A stretch of 64,000 bases of DNA. Origin: Octopus sinensis (lineage: Eukaryota). Position numbers and translations under genes: made by a program. Positions within the stretch are counted from its first letter, which is position 1, and each line of letters starts with the position of its first letter. Below the pieces are notes generated by a model that had not been told where the DNA came from, did not search any database, and was given only the letters and a program-made list of their open reading frames with translations. Shown piece after piece: positions 39,431 through 50,354 of the stretch. The stretch covers positions 50,344,001-50,408,000 of the forward strand of contig NC_043005.1 of NCBI RefSeq assembly GCF_006345805.1, in the 5' to 3' direction.

Positions 39431-40898
39431 TTATTACTACTTTTGAAGATTATATTTAGTGTTTATCTAATTGAATTTGTACAATGTGACCTGGTGATTA
39501 AGTTTCCAAAGCCCCTTAGAGGCTTTGGCAACCTAAAGATCACATTGTGGACGACAAAATGACAACTGTCGGGAGTTTCCTCTTGTTACCAGAACGACAT
39601 TTTACCTTTTATCTTCAGGTTAGCGATATAAGGGCCCGTGGTTTTAATGGTATCTACATTTCTTTTTTCATGTTGCGGCATTCTCAAAGTATTTTCTTTA
39701 ATGTGATGCGCATCAGCGGAGATTCTCTTTGATTCGGATGTATGATGGCCGAACAGTGTGACCGACTTAATATTTGCTGCGTTTGCGCACTGGATCTCAT
39801 CTGAAATACAGTGTAAGTATGCACAGAAATAATTAAACGCATACAAGCCGACGATTAATAACTGGCAAATTGAATGAAAACCAGTGATTACTATACATAA
39901 CCAATCTTATGCAATAGTCACAAAGCATCACAAAACTCGACCCAATTCTTCCTCTCACACATTATCTCTCCCTGGCACTTGTGCCCCGTGGAATTCAATC
40001 GACAGCCTTCAATTCTAAACATCTAAACATTTACTAATTCGAGTATCACAGAATAATTCGACAAGCCAACATGATGAACCCGTAATTAATTTCTGTCTCT
40101 TATTCTCTAAATACCTTTTGTAAAGGTTTTTTTTTTGTTTTTTTTTGCCCGAAAATATCAGGATGAATTATTTCTAAGGTAACATTTCGATATCGCTTTT
40201 ATTGATATTTTTTTTAATACTTAATGTACGATTTGTTTTGCTATACACTGATTTTTGCACACACATATATAGGTGTTCATATATGTATACATACATACAA
40301 TTACACATACACATATATACACAGATTCACACGCACAGACTTCTTCTCCACACACACACACATACACACACATATACATACATACATACATACATACATA
40401 CATACATACATACATACATAACATACATACATATATACATATATATATATACACGCACACATACAAAACATACTATCACCAATGTTTGCACTAAATATTA
40501 ATTGCACTACAACTATACACTAATCCCACTCTTCGATATCAGTTTAAATCGTATCTGGAAAAGCTAGAGACAATCTTTTCTTTTCTCTCCAGAAATCATC
40601 TATTGGAAGTTCAACCTTGGATTATCTGTATTAACTGTCTCTTTCTCTCACTCTTGCTCTCTCTCTCTCTCCCTCTTTCTTTCTCTTTCTCTTTTACTCC
40701 TCTGTCACGTTATTCTTCGTTCAACTTCTGTCCTTGCTGACATCAAAAATAAATGTTATCTTTTCCAACCAGCCGTCACCACAAAATGAACTCGTCTTTT
40801 TTTTAAACGTGAAAATAATTGTTTCTATACTATTTAATTTTATATCCTCCATTCTTCGTTGCGTTATCAATATGTCATTTGCTTTTAAAATATATTTA

Positions 40899-42159
40899 TC
40901 AGGTCATCCCATAAGTTCTGTCCGATTTTACCTTTTTTTAAATTGAATGAAATTTAATAGTATTTTAGAATGTCTAATACAATTAAAATTTATTTTTATG
41001 TATTTGTGTACATTTAAACTAATTAAATATTATTTTACAGAATAATAGAATTAAAATTTCTTGGATTAAAACCCTTTCTAACATGGAAGTATCCAAAGAG
41101 TATTTGAGGCACATAATGCTTTACGAGTTGAAGAAAGGAAACTCTGCAGCCGAAGCGACTCGAAACATATCCTCAGTTTATGGGAAAGAATACTTTTATG
41201 AAAGAACTTGCAGAAAATGGTTTGCAAAATTCAGAAGTGGAGATTTAAGCCTTGAAGATGAAGATCGAACAGGACGTCCAGTTGAGGTTGATGATAAGCT
41301 CCTTGAGGCATTTTTTGTAGAAATTCCTGCATTATCAGTTCAAGAATTGGCAATAAAGCTTAGCTTAAACCATGCAACTGTTCATCCTAAACTTGAAAAA
41401 TGGATGCCTCAGGAATTGTCCGAAAGCAACCGCAAATCCCTATTTGACATCTGTTCTTCTCTCCATTCTCGCGAACTCATTTTACACGTTTTGGATAGAC
41501 TTGTGACTGGTGACGAAAAATGGATCTTCTATCGAAATGTTAAACGTCGTAAACAGTGGGTTGGTAAAAGGGAGAAAGCTCAACCACAAACGAGAAGGGA
41601 ACTTCATGGGAAAATGGTTCTTCTCTCTATCTGGTGGGATTGCAAAGGAGTAATTCACTTTGAATTGTTACCACCTAATGCAACAATCAATGCTCAAGTC
41701 TACTGTCAGCAATTAGAGCGTTTGAGCCAAACTTTGAAGAAAAAAAGACCCGCTTTAGTGAATCGAAAAGAAGTGATGTTTCATCAGGGCAATGCGCAAC
41801 CCCACACTGCAAAGATCACATCACAGAAGATCGAAGAGCTTGGTTGGGAAAACATTCCTCATCCACCTTATTCTCCCGACCTTGCTCCTTCACACTACCA
41901 TTTGTTTCGTAGTTTACAGAATCATTTGGGGGACATAACTTTCTCAAGCCAGGAGGAAGTCGAGACTGACATTACAGAGCTCTTCGCTTTGAAACTAAAA
42001 GAGTTTTACATTAATTGGATTAAAAAGCTTGTAAATAGATGGAAGGAAGTCATAGATAATCAGGGAAAGTACATTGATGATTAAATATCAATTAAATATA
42101 ACATTTGATCACTTGTTTTATTTATTCAAATTTCGGACAGGATTTACGGGATGAGCTGA
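40899..42159 (+). mobile_element. Mariner element 1, full length (1261 bp)
   Basis: TA TSDs at 40897-98 and 42160-61; TIR TCAGGTCATCCCATAAGTTCTGTCCGA versus right-end TCAGCTCATCCCGTAAATCCTGTCCGA (4/27 mismatches). Confidence 0.95.
41083..42084 (+). CDS. Mariner transposase ORF, 333 aa, open but catalytically mutated
   Basis: N-terminal HTH region ending RTGRP, WMPQEL (WVPHEL), LVTGDEKW, HQGNAQPH (normally HDNARPH), YSPDLAPSHYHLF (normally YSPDLAPSDY). Confidence 0.88.
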   Translation: MEVSKEYLRHIMLYELKKGNSAAEATRNISSVYGKEYFYERTCRKWFAKFRSGDLSLEDEDRTGRPVEVDDKLLEAFFVEIPALSVQELAIKLSLNHATVHPKLEKWMPQELSESNRKSLFDICSSLHSRELILHVLDRLVTGDEKWIFYRNVKRRKQWVGKREKAQPQTRRELHGKMVLLSIWWDCKGVIHFELLPPNATINAQVYCQQLERLSQTLKKKRPALVNRKEVMFHQGNAQPHTAKITSQKIEELGWENIPHPPYSPDLAPSHYHLFRSLQNHLGDITFSSQEEVETDITELFALKLKEFYINWIKKLVNRWKEVIDNQGKYIDD

Positions 42160-42898
42160 TAGTTATACTTTACATTACAAGTACATCGTTAACCGATCGA
42201 TTTTAATATTCGTCGAGAATGTTATTTCTGAATTTTGCTTATCATATTGTTTTTATCTTTAATATCAGTAACAACAGCAACAGCAATAATTACAACATAA
42301 AAAATGATTCACGATCCACCGAATGAATATTTATTTTGCCGCAGGACTTTTTGAAATAGTAGCCAAACTCTCAAATCTTACACTATTGCCATAAACATTA
42401 AAACTAAAACACAACTTGAACGATATTCCAAGATATATTATGGTTGAATAGATAAAAGTGGATTAGTCAAGTTAAAATGCTGTTTATCATAGGTCTACTG
42501 AACCAGAGATGGCCTGGAGCCATTCGACAACACCAGTGAGAATATAGAATATGAATTTCTAAAATGCCGAACATTTTGTGAGAGTAATGTATTCAACTAT
42601 ATTGAATTCAATACTTGACAGCTACTTGCTTTGTCAATACCTTTTCTCTCAGAGTGTAAAGGACAAATTGATGAGGTAAGTCATATTTTATCTTTTATCT
42701 TTTACTTGTTTCAGGCAATAGACACCGGCCATGCTGAGGCACCGCTTGAAGAATTTTTAGTCGAATGAATCGTTCCTCTTCACAAGGCCTGAAATTTCGG
42801 GTGGTGGGAAGGTAAGTCGATTACATCGACCCCGGTATTTAACTGGTACTAGATCTAATGGTAAACGTGAAAAGGCTCAATCACAACACAGATTTTTT

Positions 42899-43712
42899 AA
42901 AACTATACAGTTTAAAACTTTGAATACTAGTAGAATTTGTCACGTAGAACACGGTTTACTCTGAACGTTCTTGACCAAATTTCGTATTTTAGAAGTTATT
43001 TCATATTAAATTTGTCGTATTTGGATAATTTCAACCAATCAACGACGTGTATTCAGTTGAAGAAAGCTACTGCTGTTTGCGATTGTAATCGATGAAGAAC
43101 AACTTCCGGGTCATCTCTACTAAATATCACTACTCTGTTCGAAGAATCAACACCACAGAGCAACGAGTCCGCAGCTAGAATTTTTTGTTGTTGACGTGTA
43201 TGTGGTTTCAAAATACCTTATTTTACAACTATGAGATGTATTGTTATTGTCATGATTTTATCTTACTATAATCAACAGACGCATTTCGTCAATATAATCG
43301 TCTTTATTAGACAAAAAAAAAGAAGAAAATTATCAAAACACGGTAATTGTAGTGGCAGTGCCAAGTTCGCTCGCTGGTTGCCAGTTGATAGTGTAGAAGA
43401 GAAGGAAAGAGTAAGGAATGCACGTTGATGACTACAAAGGAAGAATGGATAGAGGTGGCATCGTCTTCGCACAACATACAAATAGAACAGAGTGGTGACA
43501 TTTAGGAGAGATGATCCGAAAGTTGTTCCTCTTCGATTATTATTGCAAACAGCAGTAGCTTTCTTCAACCGAATACACATCGTTGATTGGTTGAAATTAA
43601 CCGAAATACGACGACTTTAACACGAATTAACTTCTAAAATACGAAATTTGGTTAAAACCGTGTTTTACGTGAGAAATTTATCAGTATTCGAAGTTTCAAA
43701 CTGTTTAGTTTT
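42899..43712. mobile_element. Long-TIR (foldback-type) MITE, ~815 bp
   Basis: ~200-bp imperfect inverted arms, e.g. CCAAATTTCGTATTTTAGAAGTTA and TTTCAACCAATCAACGA..TTGAAGAAAGCTACTGCTGTTTGC mirrored at 43520-43712; superfamily not assignable. Confidence 0.8.
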
Positions 43713-44787
43713 CCCGTCTCTCATTAGTCTCATAGCCCTGTAAAAGGGTTACTACATAGTCCATCCCTCCTGACAAAATTATTAAAAATGAAACGAGAGG
43801 CAAACAATCCTGGCTGGTGGCCATTAGCCCCAGACATCGCGGCTATACGATCAGCAAAATAATCCCTTCTAATAGATACTTGCTTCATCAAGTAACAACG
43901 ATATTTAGTATTTCAAAAAACAAAAAACAATTGTTTTTGAGATCACGGCCACAGGTTATAGTAGAAGGTAGTTGCCAAAGTGCTGCACAGAAGGATTGAA
44001 CACAGAAACCATGCAATCTTCGTGATCACAAAAATAAACTTCCGTGGCCACCCGTTCATATCAGTAGGTTTCATTTATTCAGAACTTGTCCCAAAAATCT
44101 AATCATTTTCTACGATGTATATTACGTTGTGTGATTTTTCATAAATTTCTAGAGAAAAAATATTTCCCCATGCTAATACATTCCCTGCTTCGCAAGTACT
44201 CACCTTCACTGACAACATGCAATGACACTAAGACTGACACACTGACACATATATTCACACATACGCACGTACACAAACACAGTAGGAATACTTTTATACA
44301 TACACAAACATACACCCATACACATATATGCTTACAAACCCATAGAATACCTCACATATATGTATTTATATTTTTCATATATACATATACACAAATATGT
44401 ATTTGTATATGTATGCACAGATATTTATATGTACGTATACATTATATATACATATATACATATACTGATGTATATATACATATACACATACACATACACA
44501 TGTATATATACATATACACATATATATATGTATGTGTGTGCATATATACATATACACATAAACATATAATCATATGCAAGGAAATATATTTGCGCACACA
44601 CACACGCACGCGCATACACACACGTGTCTGCGTGCGTGACTATATTTATATATATAAATATATATTTATATATATACATAAGCATGCACATACACACATA
44701 TAACATACATTTTCTTTTATATATATATATTATATACACACATTCAATTAACAGATGTTTAGATTAGTGTCTATTGATTACAGATTT

Positions 44788-44833
<46 letters not shown>

Positions 44834-44843
44834 CATATATTAT

Positions 44844-44876
<33 letters not shown>

Positions 44877-45451
44877 ATATATAATATATACACAACATTT
44901 CTTTATATACATATATATATATACTTACACAGAATGCACACACAGACACATATGCATATATGTGTCTGTATGTATACATACATACATGCATACATACATA
45001 CATACATACATACATACATACATACATACATACATACATACATAGGCATACTGGCATATAAACAATACAAACACAGCTTGTGTTTAAGCTATTCATCCAA
45101 CGTCCATTATCGAGGAGTCTGATATCTCTTCCACCATCTTGTTTTTATTAACGTTAGAATAAACACGCTCGCACATAGCAGCCATATTGTTCCGCCATTT
45201 TCTTTGACATTTTTTTCCGTACATTGTTCAGTTGTTTTTCTTAAACATCTTTTTTTAAAGTGTATTTCCTCTTCAATCATTGTCTTTCTTTAACTTCACT
45301 ACATTCACAACATTCTCTTTCACAGCATATTCAATGAACTTATCACCTTTATCTTAATTTTCTCACGCTTAACCATACATACTCACACACACACACACAT
45401 GTACATGCTCCGACAAATATCTACTCGTATAGATATAATATATATATATAT

Positions 45452-45509
<58 letters not shown>

Positions 45510-45550
45510 GGATAGATTTATATATATATATTCTTTCTCTCTCTCTCTCC

Positions 45551-45584
<34 letters not shown>

Positions 45585-45980
45585 ATATATATATATAATA
45601 GATATATTCTCTCTTAAAACACACTAGAATGCCCGCTTTCATGCACGCATAAACGCAAAAATTTAAACACACATGCGCACACCTGTATATGTATATACTA
45701 TTTTTTTTTCTCTTCTGTTCCTTTCAGTCAAACGGCTGGGTCCATGCTGGAGCACCATCTTCAGCGAAGTTAGTCGTTCATGTTGACCGCAATACTTACT
45801 TTAATACAGTAGTTATTTTAACGATCCGTGTTTAGCTAATAGCTAAGTTATATATTGAAAAAACATAATGGGACCCAAGTTGATGTCTATTTAAAATGGT
45901 AAAGATAAACATACACGCACATACACACACACACGTACGCACACAGACACACGTACATACACACACAGACACACTTACAT

Positions 45981-46011
<31 letters not shown>

Positions 46012-46632
46012 ATTCTTAGAGTACATTCTCGCCATTCTCTCACTAATTCTTTAAGACTTTTTCATCATTCTCCCACTTGTCACTAACTTCTTCACAACTC
46101 TTGCTTCCTTATCTGCCTAAAACGTTTTCCTTGCTTCTATTATATTAGTTACACAATGATATAATAGATATAACGCTACACATACATTTAGTCAATGTGT
46201 GTGTATGTGCTTGCGTGCATGCGTGTTGTGTGATAAATGATGGACAAACGCAGAAACGCGCATATATTACATTATATAATTCATTTCGTTTACAGGAAAT
46301 ACACACATTCTGCTACTTTTATTTAGGCAGCTTGTTCCTTTGTTTATATAGTCATACAGATTTAAGTGGTTGTAATTTTGTAAGCTTTATTACATAATGC
46401 TATTTGCCAGGAGTCTGGAGCGTGAACTGGTGTTTACTTCTTGGTTCTCCTTTCTTTTGTATGGAATTACGTGGCCATTGGGGAAGTGTTTGAAGGATTT
46501 CATGGAACTGTTGAATATGCTTTGGAAGGAATTAAACGTATGTCAAAATTTCACTTCCTTTTCATGTTGATAAATTTGGATTCAAACTTTGTATGTTTCT
46601 CATTAGAGAAGAGGGCATTTTTTCGATGAGGC

Positions 46633-46882
46633 ATGTGTTACAAACTTTCTTTGATGGTGTTTGTACATCTGCGACGATTTCATCTCAATCGAAGGAGAGG
46701 GGCTTTCTCCGTCCGGGTTGCGGATCCGTGGAATAAGCTGCCGGACGAGATAGTGAAGATGCCGACGACCGCTCGGTTCAAAGTTTCTCTTGACCAGAAA
46801 TGGCCTGAACTCTTTGCATGAACACCTTCCCAGTACATAATTCTGTGTCCCCCTACATGGCCTCGCTTTTTGCTTTTTGAGC
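46633..46882 (+). mobile_element. CR1/L2 LINE 3' end (second family)
   Basis: RRGAFSVRVADPWNKLPDEIVKMPTTARFKVSLDQKW C-terminal motif; 3'UTR TGTCCCCCTACATGGCCT..TTTTGAGCCAAA also at 54973-55066. Confidence 0.82.
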
Positions 46883-47009
46883 CAAAAAAATAAACTTAAC
46901 TTATATCTTTCAATGAATAGAAAACGGGTTGCTTCTCTAAATTAAACCGCTTATTCTCGGTTCGTACATGAGAGCGACAAAATAGGTGCGTGTATGCATC
47001 TTTATCATT

Positions 47010-47240
47010 TATCTTTTACTTGTTTCAGTCATTAGACTGCGCACATGCTGGGGCAACGTATTGAAGGATTTTTAGTCGAATGAATCAACCGCAGTGCGTC
47101 CTTTTTTTTCTAAAGCCTGGTACTTATTATATCGTTCACTTTTGCCGGACTGCTAAGTTACGGAAACGTAAACGCTCGAACACCAGCTGTCGTTCGATGG
47201 TGTGGAAGAAACACAGACACAAAGACACACTTACACATCT
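47010..47240 (-). mobile_element. SINE-B 3' half
   Basis: TTTTACTTGTTTCAGTCATTAGACTGCG..CATGCTGGGGCA..GGTACTTATT. Confidence 0.78.
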
Positions 47241-47269
47241 ATCCATTTATGTATCTATCTATCTATGTT

Positions 47270-47315
<46 letters not shown>

Positions 47316-47318
<3 letters not shown>

Positions 47319-47598
47319 CAATATAGGGTGGCAAAAAATTTCGTAGAATTTATTTGCCACCAGCGGCCTAGTGGGAAAAATTAAATAGTCATAGACCATT
47401 TATAAGTTCAACATCACAATCAAGGAATGGCCATAATAGGCCATTCACCCACTAGAAATAACAGCCAAAGCTTCAACCGCAAAATAACATTAATTCCGCA
47501 ACCAGGTTTGCGGAATTAATGTTATTTTGCGGTTGAAGCTTTGGCTGTTATTTCTAGTGGGTGAATGGCCTATTATGGCCATTCCTTGATTGTGATGT

Positions 47599-47601
<3 letters not shown>
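47316..47601 (+). other. Fold-back element copy 1: 92-bp unique module + perfect 94-bp inverted repeat with 6-nt loop
   Basis: 47408-47501 is the exact reverse complement of 47508-47601; (TA)n on both sides; homologous to 50004-50235. Confidence 0.9.
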
Positions 47602-47658
<57 letters not shown>

Positions 47659-47668
47659 GATATAGATA

Positions 47669-48959
47669 CGAGGGGCGTTCAATAAGTAATGCCCCTGACC
47701 CACTTGCAGTTGTTCGATATAGCTGAAATTTTGCATGTGCAATTATTTATATCTCTATAGAGTAAGTGGCAAATTACAGCTCTGAACTAATTGTGGTTTC
47801 CGATTTACAGGTGTTTGAACTGAGTCAAGTGTGAAATGGAGCATGTTGAGTGTCGAGCAGTGATCCGGTTTTTGTATTTGAAAGGACGCACACCACGGGA
47901 GACTTTTGATGAAATGAAAGTAACTTATGGTGATGATGCCCCATCATATGACCTTGTAAAACGATGGCATCGTGAATTCAAACATGGTCGGAACTCTGTG
48001 GAAACAGCTCCCAGATCTGGTCGCCCCCTTCTGCTATTGATGAGGCATCTGTCTGTCAAGTTGAGGCTGCCATTTTGGAAGATCGACGCATAACTATTCG
48101 CCAAATAGCCCATGAGGTCAAGATTAGTACCGGGTCTGTGGAAACTATCATTCATGACCATTTGCATATGCAAAAGGTGTCTGCCAGATGGATTCCCAGG
48201 CTGCTCACACCTTTCCAGAAGCAAGAACGCGTCGATTGCTCGAGGATGAATTTGGAGATGTGCCAAGAAGATGTGTCAAAATTTTTCAAAAGACTGATTG
48301 CATAGGATAAGACCTGGGTCCATCACTATGATCCAGAGACCAAAGCCCAGTCAATGCAGTGGAAGCACCGTGACTCACCTCCTCCAAAGAAGGCAAGAGT
48401 GCAGCCCTCCGCTGGCAAGGTCATGCTTACAGTCTTCTGGGACCAGGACGGAGTAGTGAAGACAGATTTCCTGGCAAAGGGTGCCACAATTACAGGAGTC
48501 TATTATGCTTCACTTTTGAGGAAATTAAGAGAAGCTATCAAAATCAAGAGGCGGGGCAAGATCAGCAAAGACATCCTCCTCCTGCAGGACAACGCTCCGA
48601 TCCACAACTCGCGTGTCGCCAGATCAGAAGCACAGGCGTGCGGCTATGAACTCATCCCCAATCCCCCTACTCTCCTGACCTTGCACCCTCTGATTTTCAC
48701 CTCTTCCCAGCCATGAAGTTGTTTTTGAAAGGAAAGCGTTTCCCAGATGATGCAGCCTTGATTTCTGAAGTGGCGTCGTGGTTGGAGGACCAAGCTGGGG
48801 TCTTCTACAAAAACGGTCTTCAGAGCTGCATCAAACGATGGGTGAAATGCGTAACTCTGGGTGGTTCCTATGTAGAAAAAGACTAATAACTGTTCCAAGT
48901 TTCGTTGCTCTACTGCTATGGGAAGTGGGTCAGGGGCATTACTTATTGAACGCCCCTCG
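47669..48959 (+). mobile_element. Mariner element 2 (irritans/Hsmar2-like), full length (1291 bp)
   Basis: Identical 37-bp TIRs CGAGGGGCGTTCAATAAGTAATGCCCCTGACCCACTT; TA on the left, AA on the right. Confidence 0.95.
47836..48886 (+). pseudogene. Disrupted mariner transposase (two frameshifts, one stop)
   Basis: MEHVECRAVIRFL..PRSGRP / WIPRLL / LIA*DKTW / LLQDNAP / PYSPDLAPSDFHLF..GGSYVEKD*. Confidence 0.92.
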
Positions 48960-48974
48960 AATATGTATATTGAC

Positions 48975-49135
48975 GAGCTTCTTTCAGTTTCTATCAACCA
49001 AATTTACTCAGAATACTTTCGTTGGCCTGAGGCTATAGTAGAAGACACTCGCCCAAGGTGTCACGCAGTCGTACTGAACCCGGAACCATATGGTTGGGAA
49101 GCAAGCCTCTCTCCACACAGCCACACCTGCGCCTA
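48975..49135 (-). mobile_element. SINE-B 5' half
   Basis: GGCTATAGTAGAAGACACTCGCCCAAGGTG..CCACACAGCCACACCTGCGCC. Confidence 0.8.
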
Positions 49136-49529
49136 TACACATACAGATTTGAAGGGCTAGTTTGTTAAAATTGTCAGCTGCTATTAATTAAAGGATCCAA
49201 AATGTAAATATTGCTGTGAATGAATATTTATAAATTTAGTTATATATTGAATGATTAGCGAAGAATAGTAGAATATTTTGGTCGCGATTTTGTCAACCTT
49301 TATATGGAACAAGAATAAATTTGAATATATTTAGTTATAAAATACAGCTGTTTGGAGAAATTCACAGAAAGGGGGTGGGCGTGACTGAGTCTATAAATTA
49401 TAGTGTTCTCTGTCTCTTTAGTTTCTAACATAGTTAATTTTAATATATTGCATGTATATGTATGTATGTATGTATGCATGCATGCATTATATATATATAC
49501 ATATGTATGTATGTATAAATAAATAAATG

Positions 49530-49561
<32 letters not shown>

Positions 49562-49579
49562 TGTATGTATGTATGTATG

Positions 49580-49609
<30 letters not shown>

Positions 49610-49610
<1 letters not shown>

Positions 49611-49987
49611 CCCTATATAAACGGCAGTTTGTCTGTGCGTTTTCTGTGTGTCTGTTTTCTCGTACCCTCACTCTGACCACGGCTTTCAACCGATTCTGAT
49701 GAAACTTGACACACACATAGCCCAATGTCATAATTCAAAACTAACGCAGCGAAAATTTTGAAAAGTTCCCCCAGTTCTGAAAAAAATCGATAAATTCGAC
49801 ATGGGGTCGAGAATCAGAAACCCAAACCACAGACCGTCTAGGAGACGCAACTCCACCTTTTTTAACTCAAAAAAAATTTACCATCATTTTTTTCCCATTT
49901 TTTTGCTATTTTTTGGCTATAACTCTCTAAAAATGCTTTATAGTTATTTCCCTTACAAACCTGAGCAACGCCGGGCGATACCGCTAG
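49610..49987 (+). mobile_element. Non-autonomous Helitron 1
   Basis: A|TC 5' end, subterminal hairpin region CCTGAGCAACGCCGGG, CTAG|T 3' end; inserted in an AT dinucleotide with no TSD. Confidence 0.85.
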
Positions 49988-50003
49988 TATATATATATAT
50001 ATT

Positions 50004-50230
50004 AATCAATTTAGGGTAGCAAAAAATTCAATAGAAATTTATCGCTACCAGCGGTCTAGTGGGAAAGAGAAAATAGTCAAAGACTAAATATATAAAGTTA
50101 AAACAATTTAGGAATGGCCTTAATAGGCCATTCGTCCACTAGAAAGAGCAGCCATAACTCAAACCGGTTTGAGTTATGGCTGCTCTTTCTAGTGGACGAA
50201 TGGCCTATTAAGGCCATTCCTAAATTGTTT

Positions 50231-50235
<5 letters not shown>
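50004..50235 (+). other. Fold-back element copy 2: 92-bp unique module + perfect spacerless 140-bp palindrome
   Basis: 50096-50165 is the exact reverse complement of 50166-50235 (centre AAACCGGTTT); TA-rich on both sides. Confidence 0.9.
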
Positions 50236-50288
<53 letters not shown>

Positions 50289-50354
50289 TAGATATACAGA
50301 TAGGTAGGTAGGTAGGTGGATAGATAGATAGATAGATATGTATACATATGTATA

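Noticed and set aside
40899-48959. Horizontal transfer of the two mariners
   Set aside because: Plausible for mariners in general, but it cannot be judged without database comparison.
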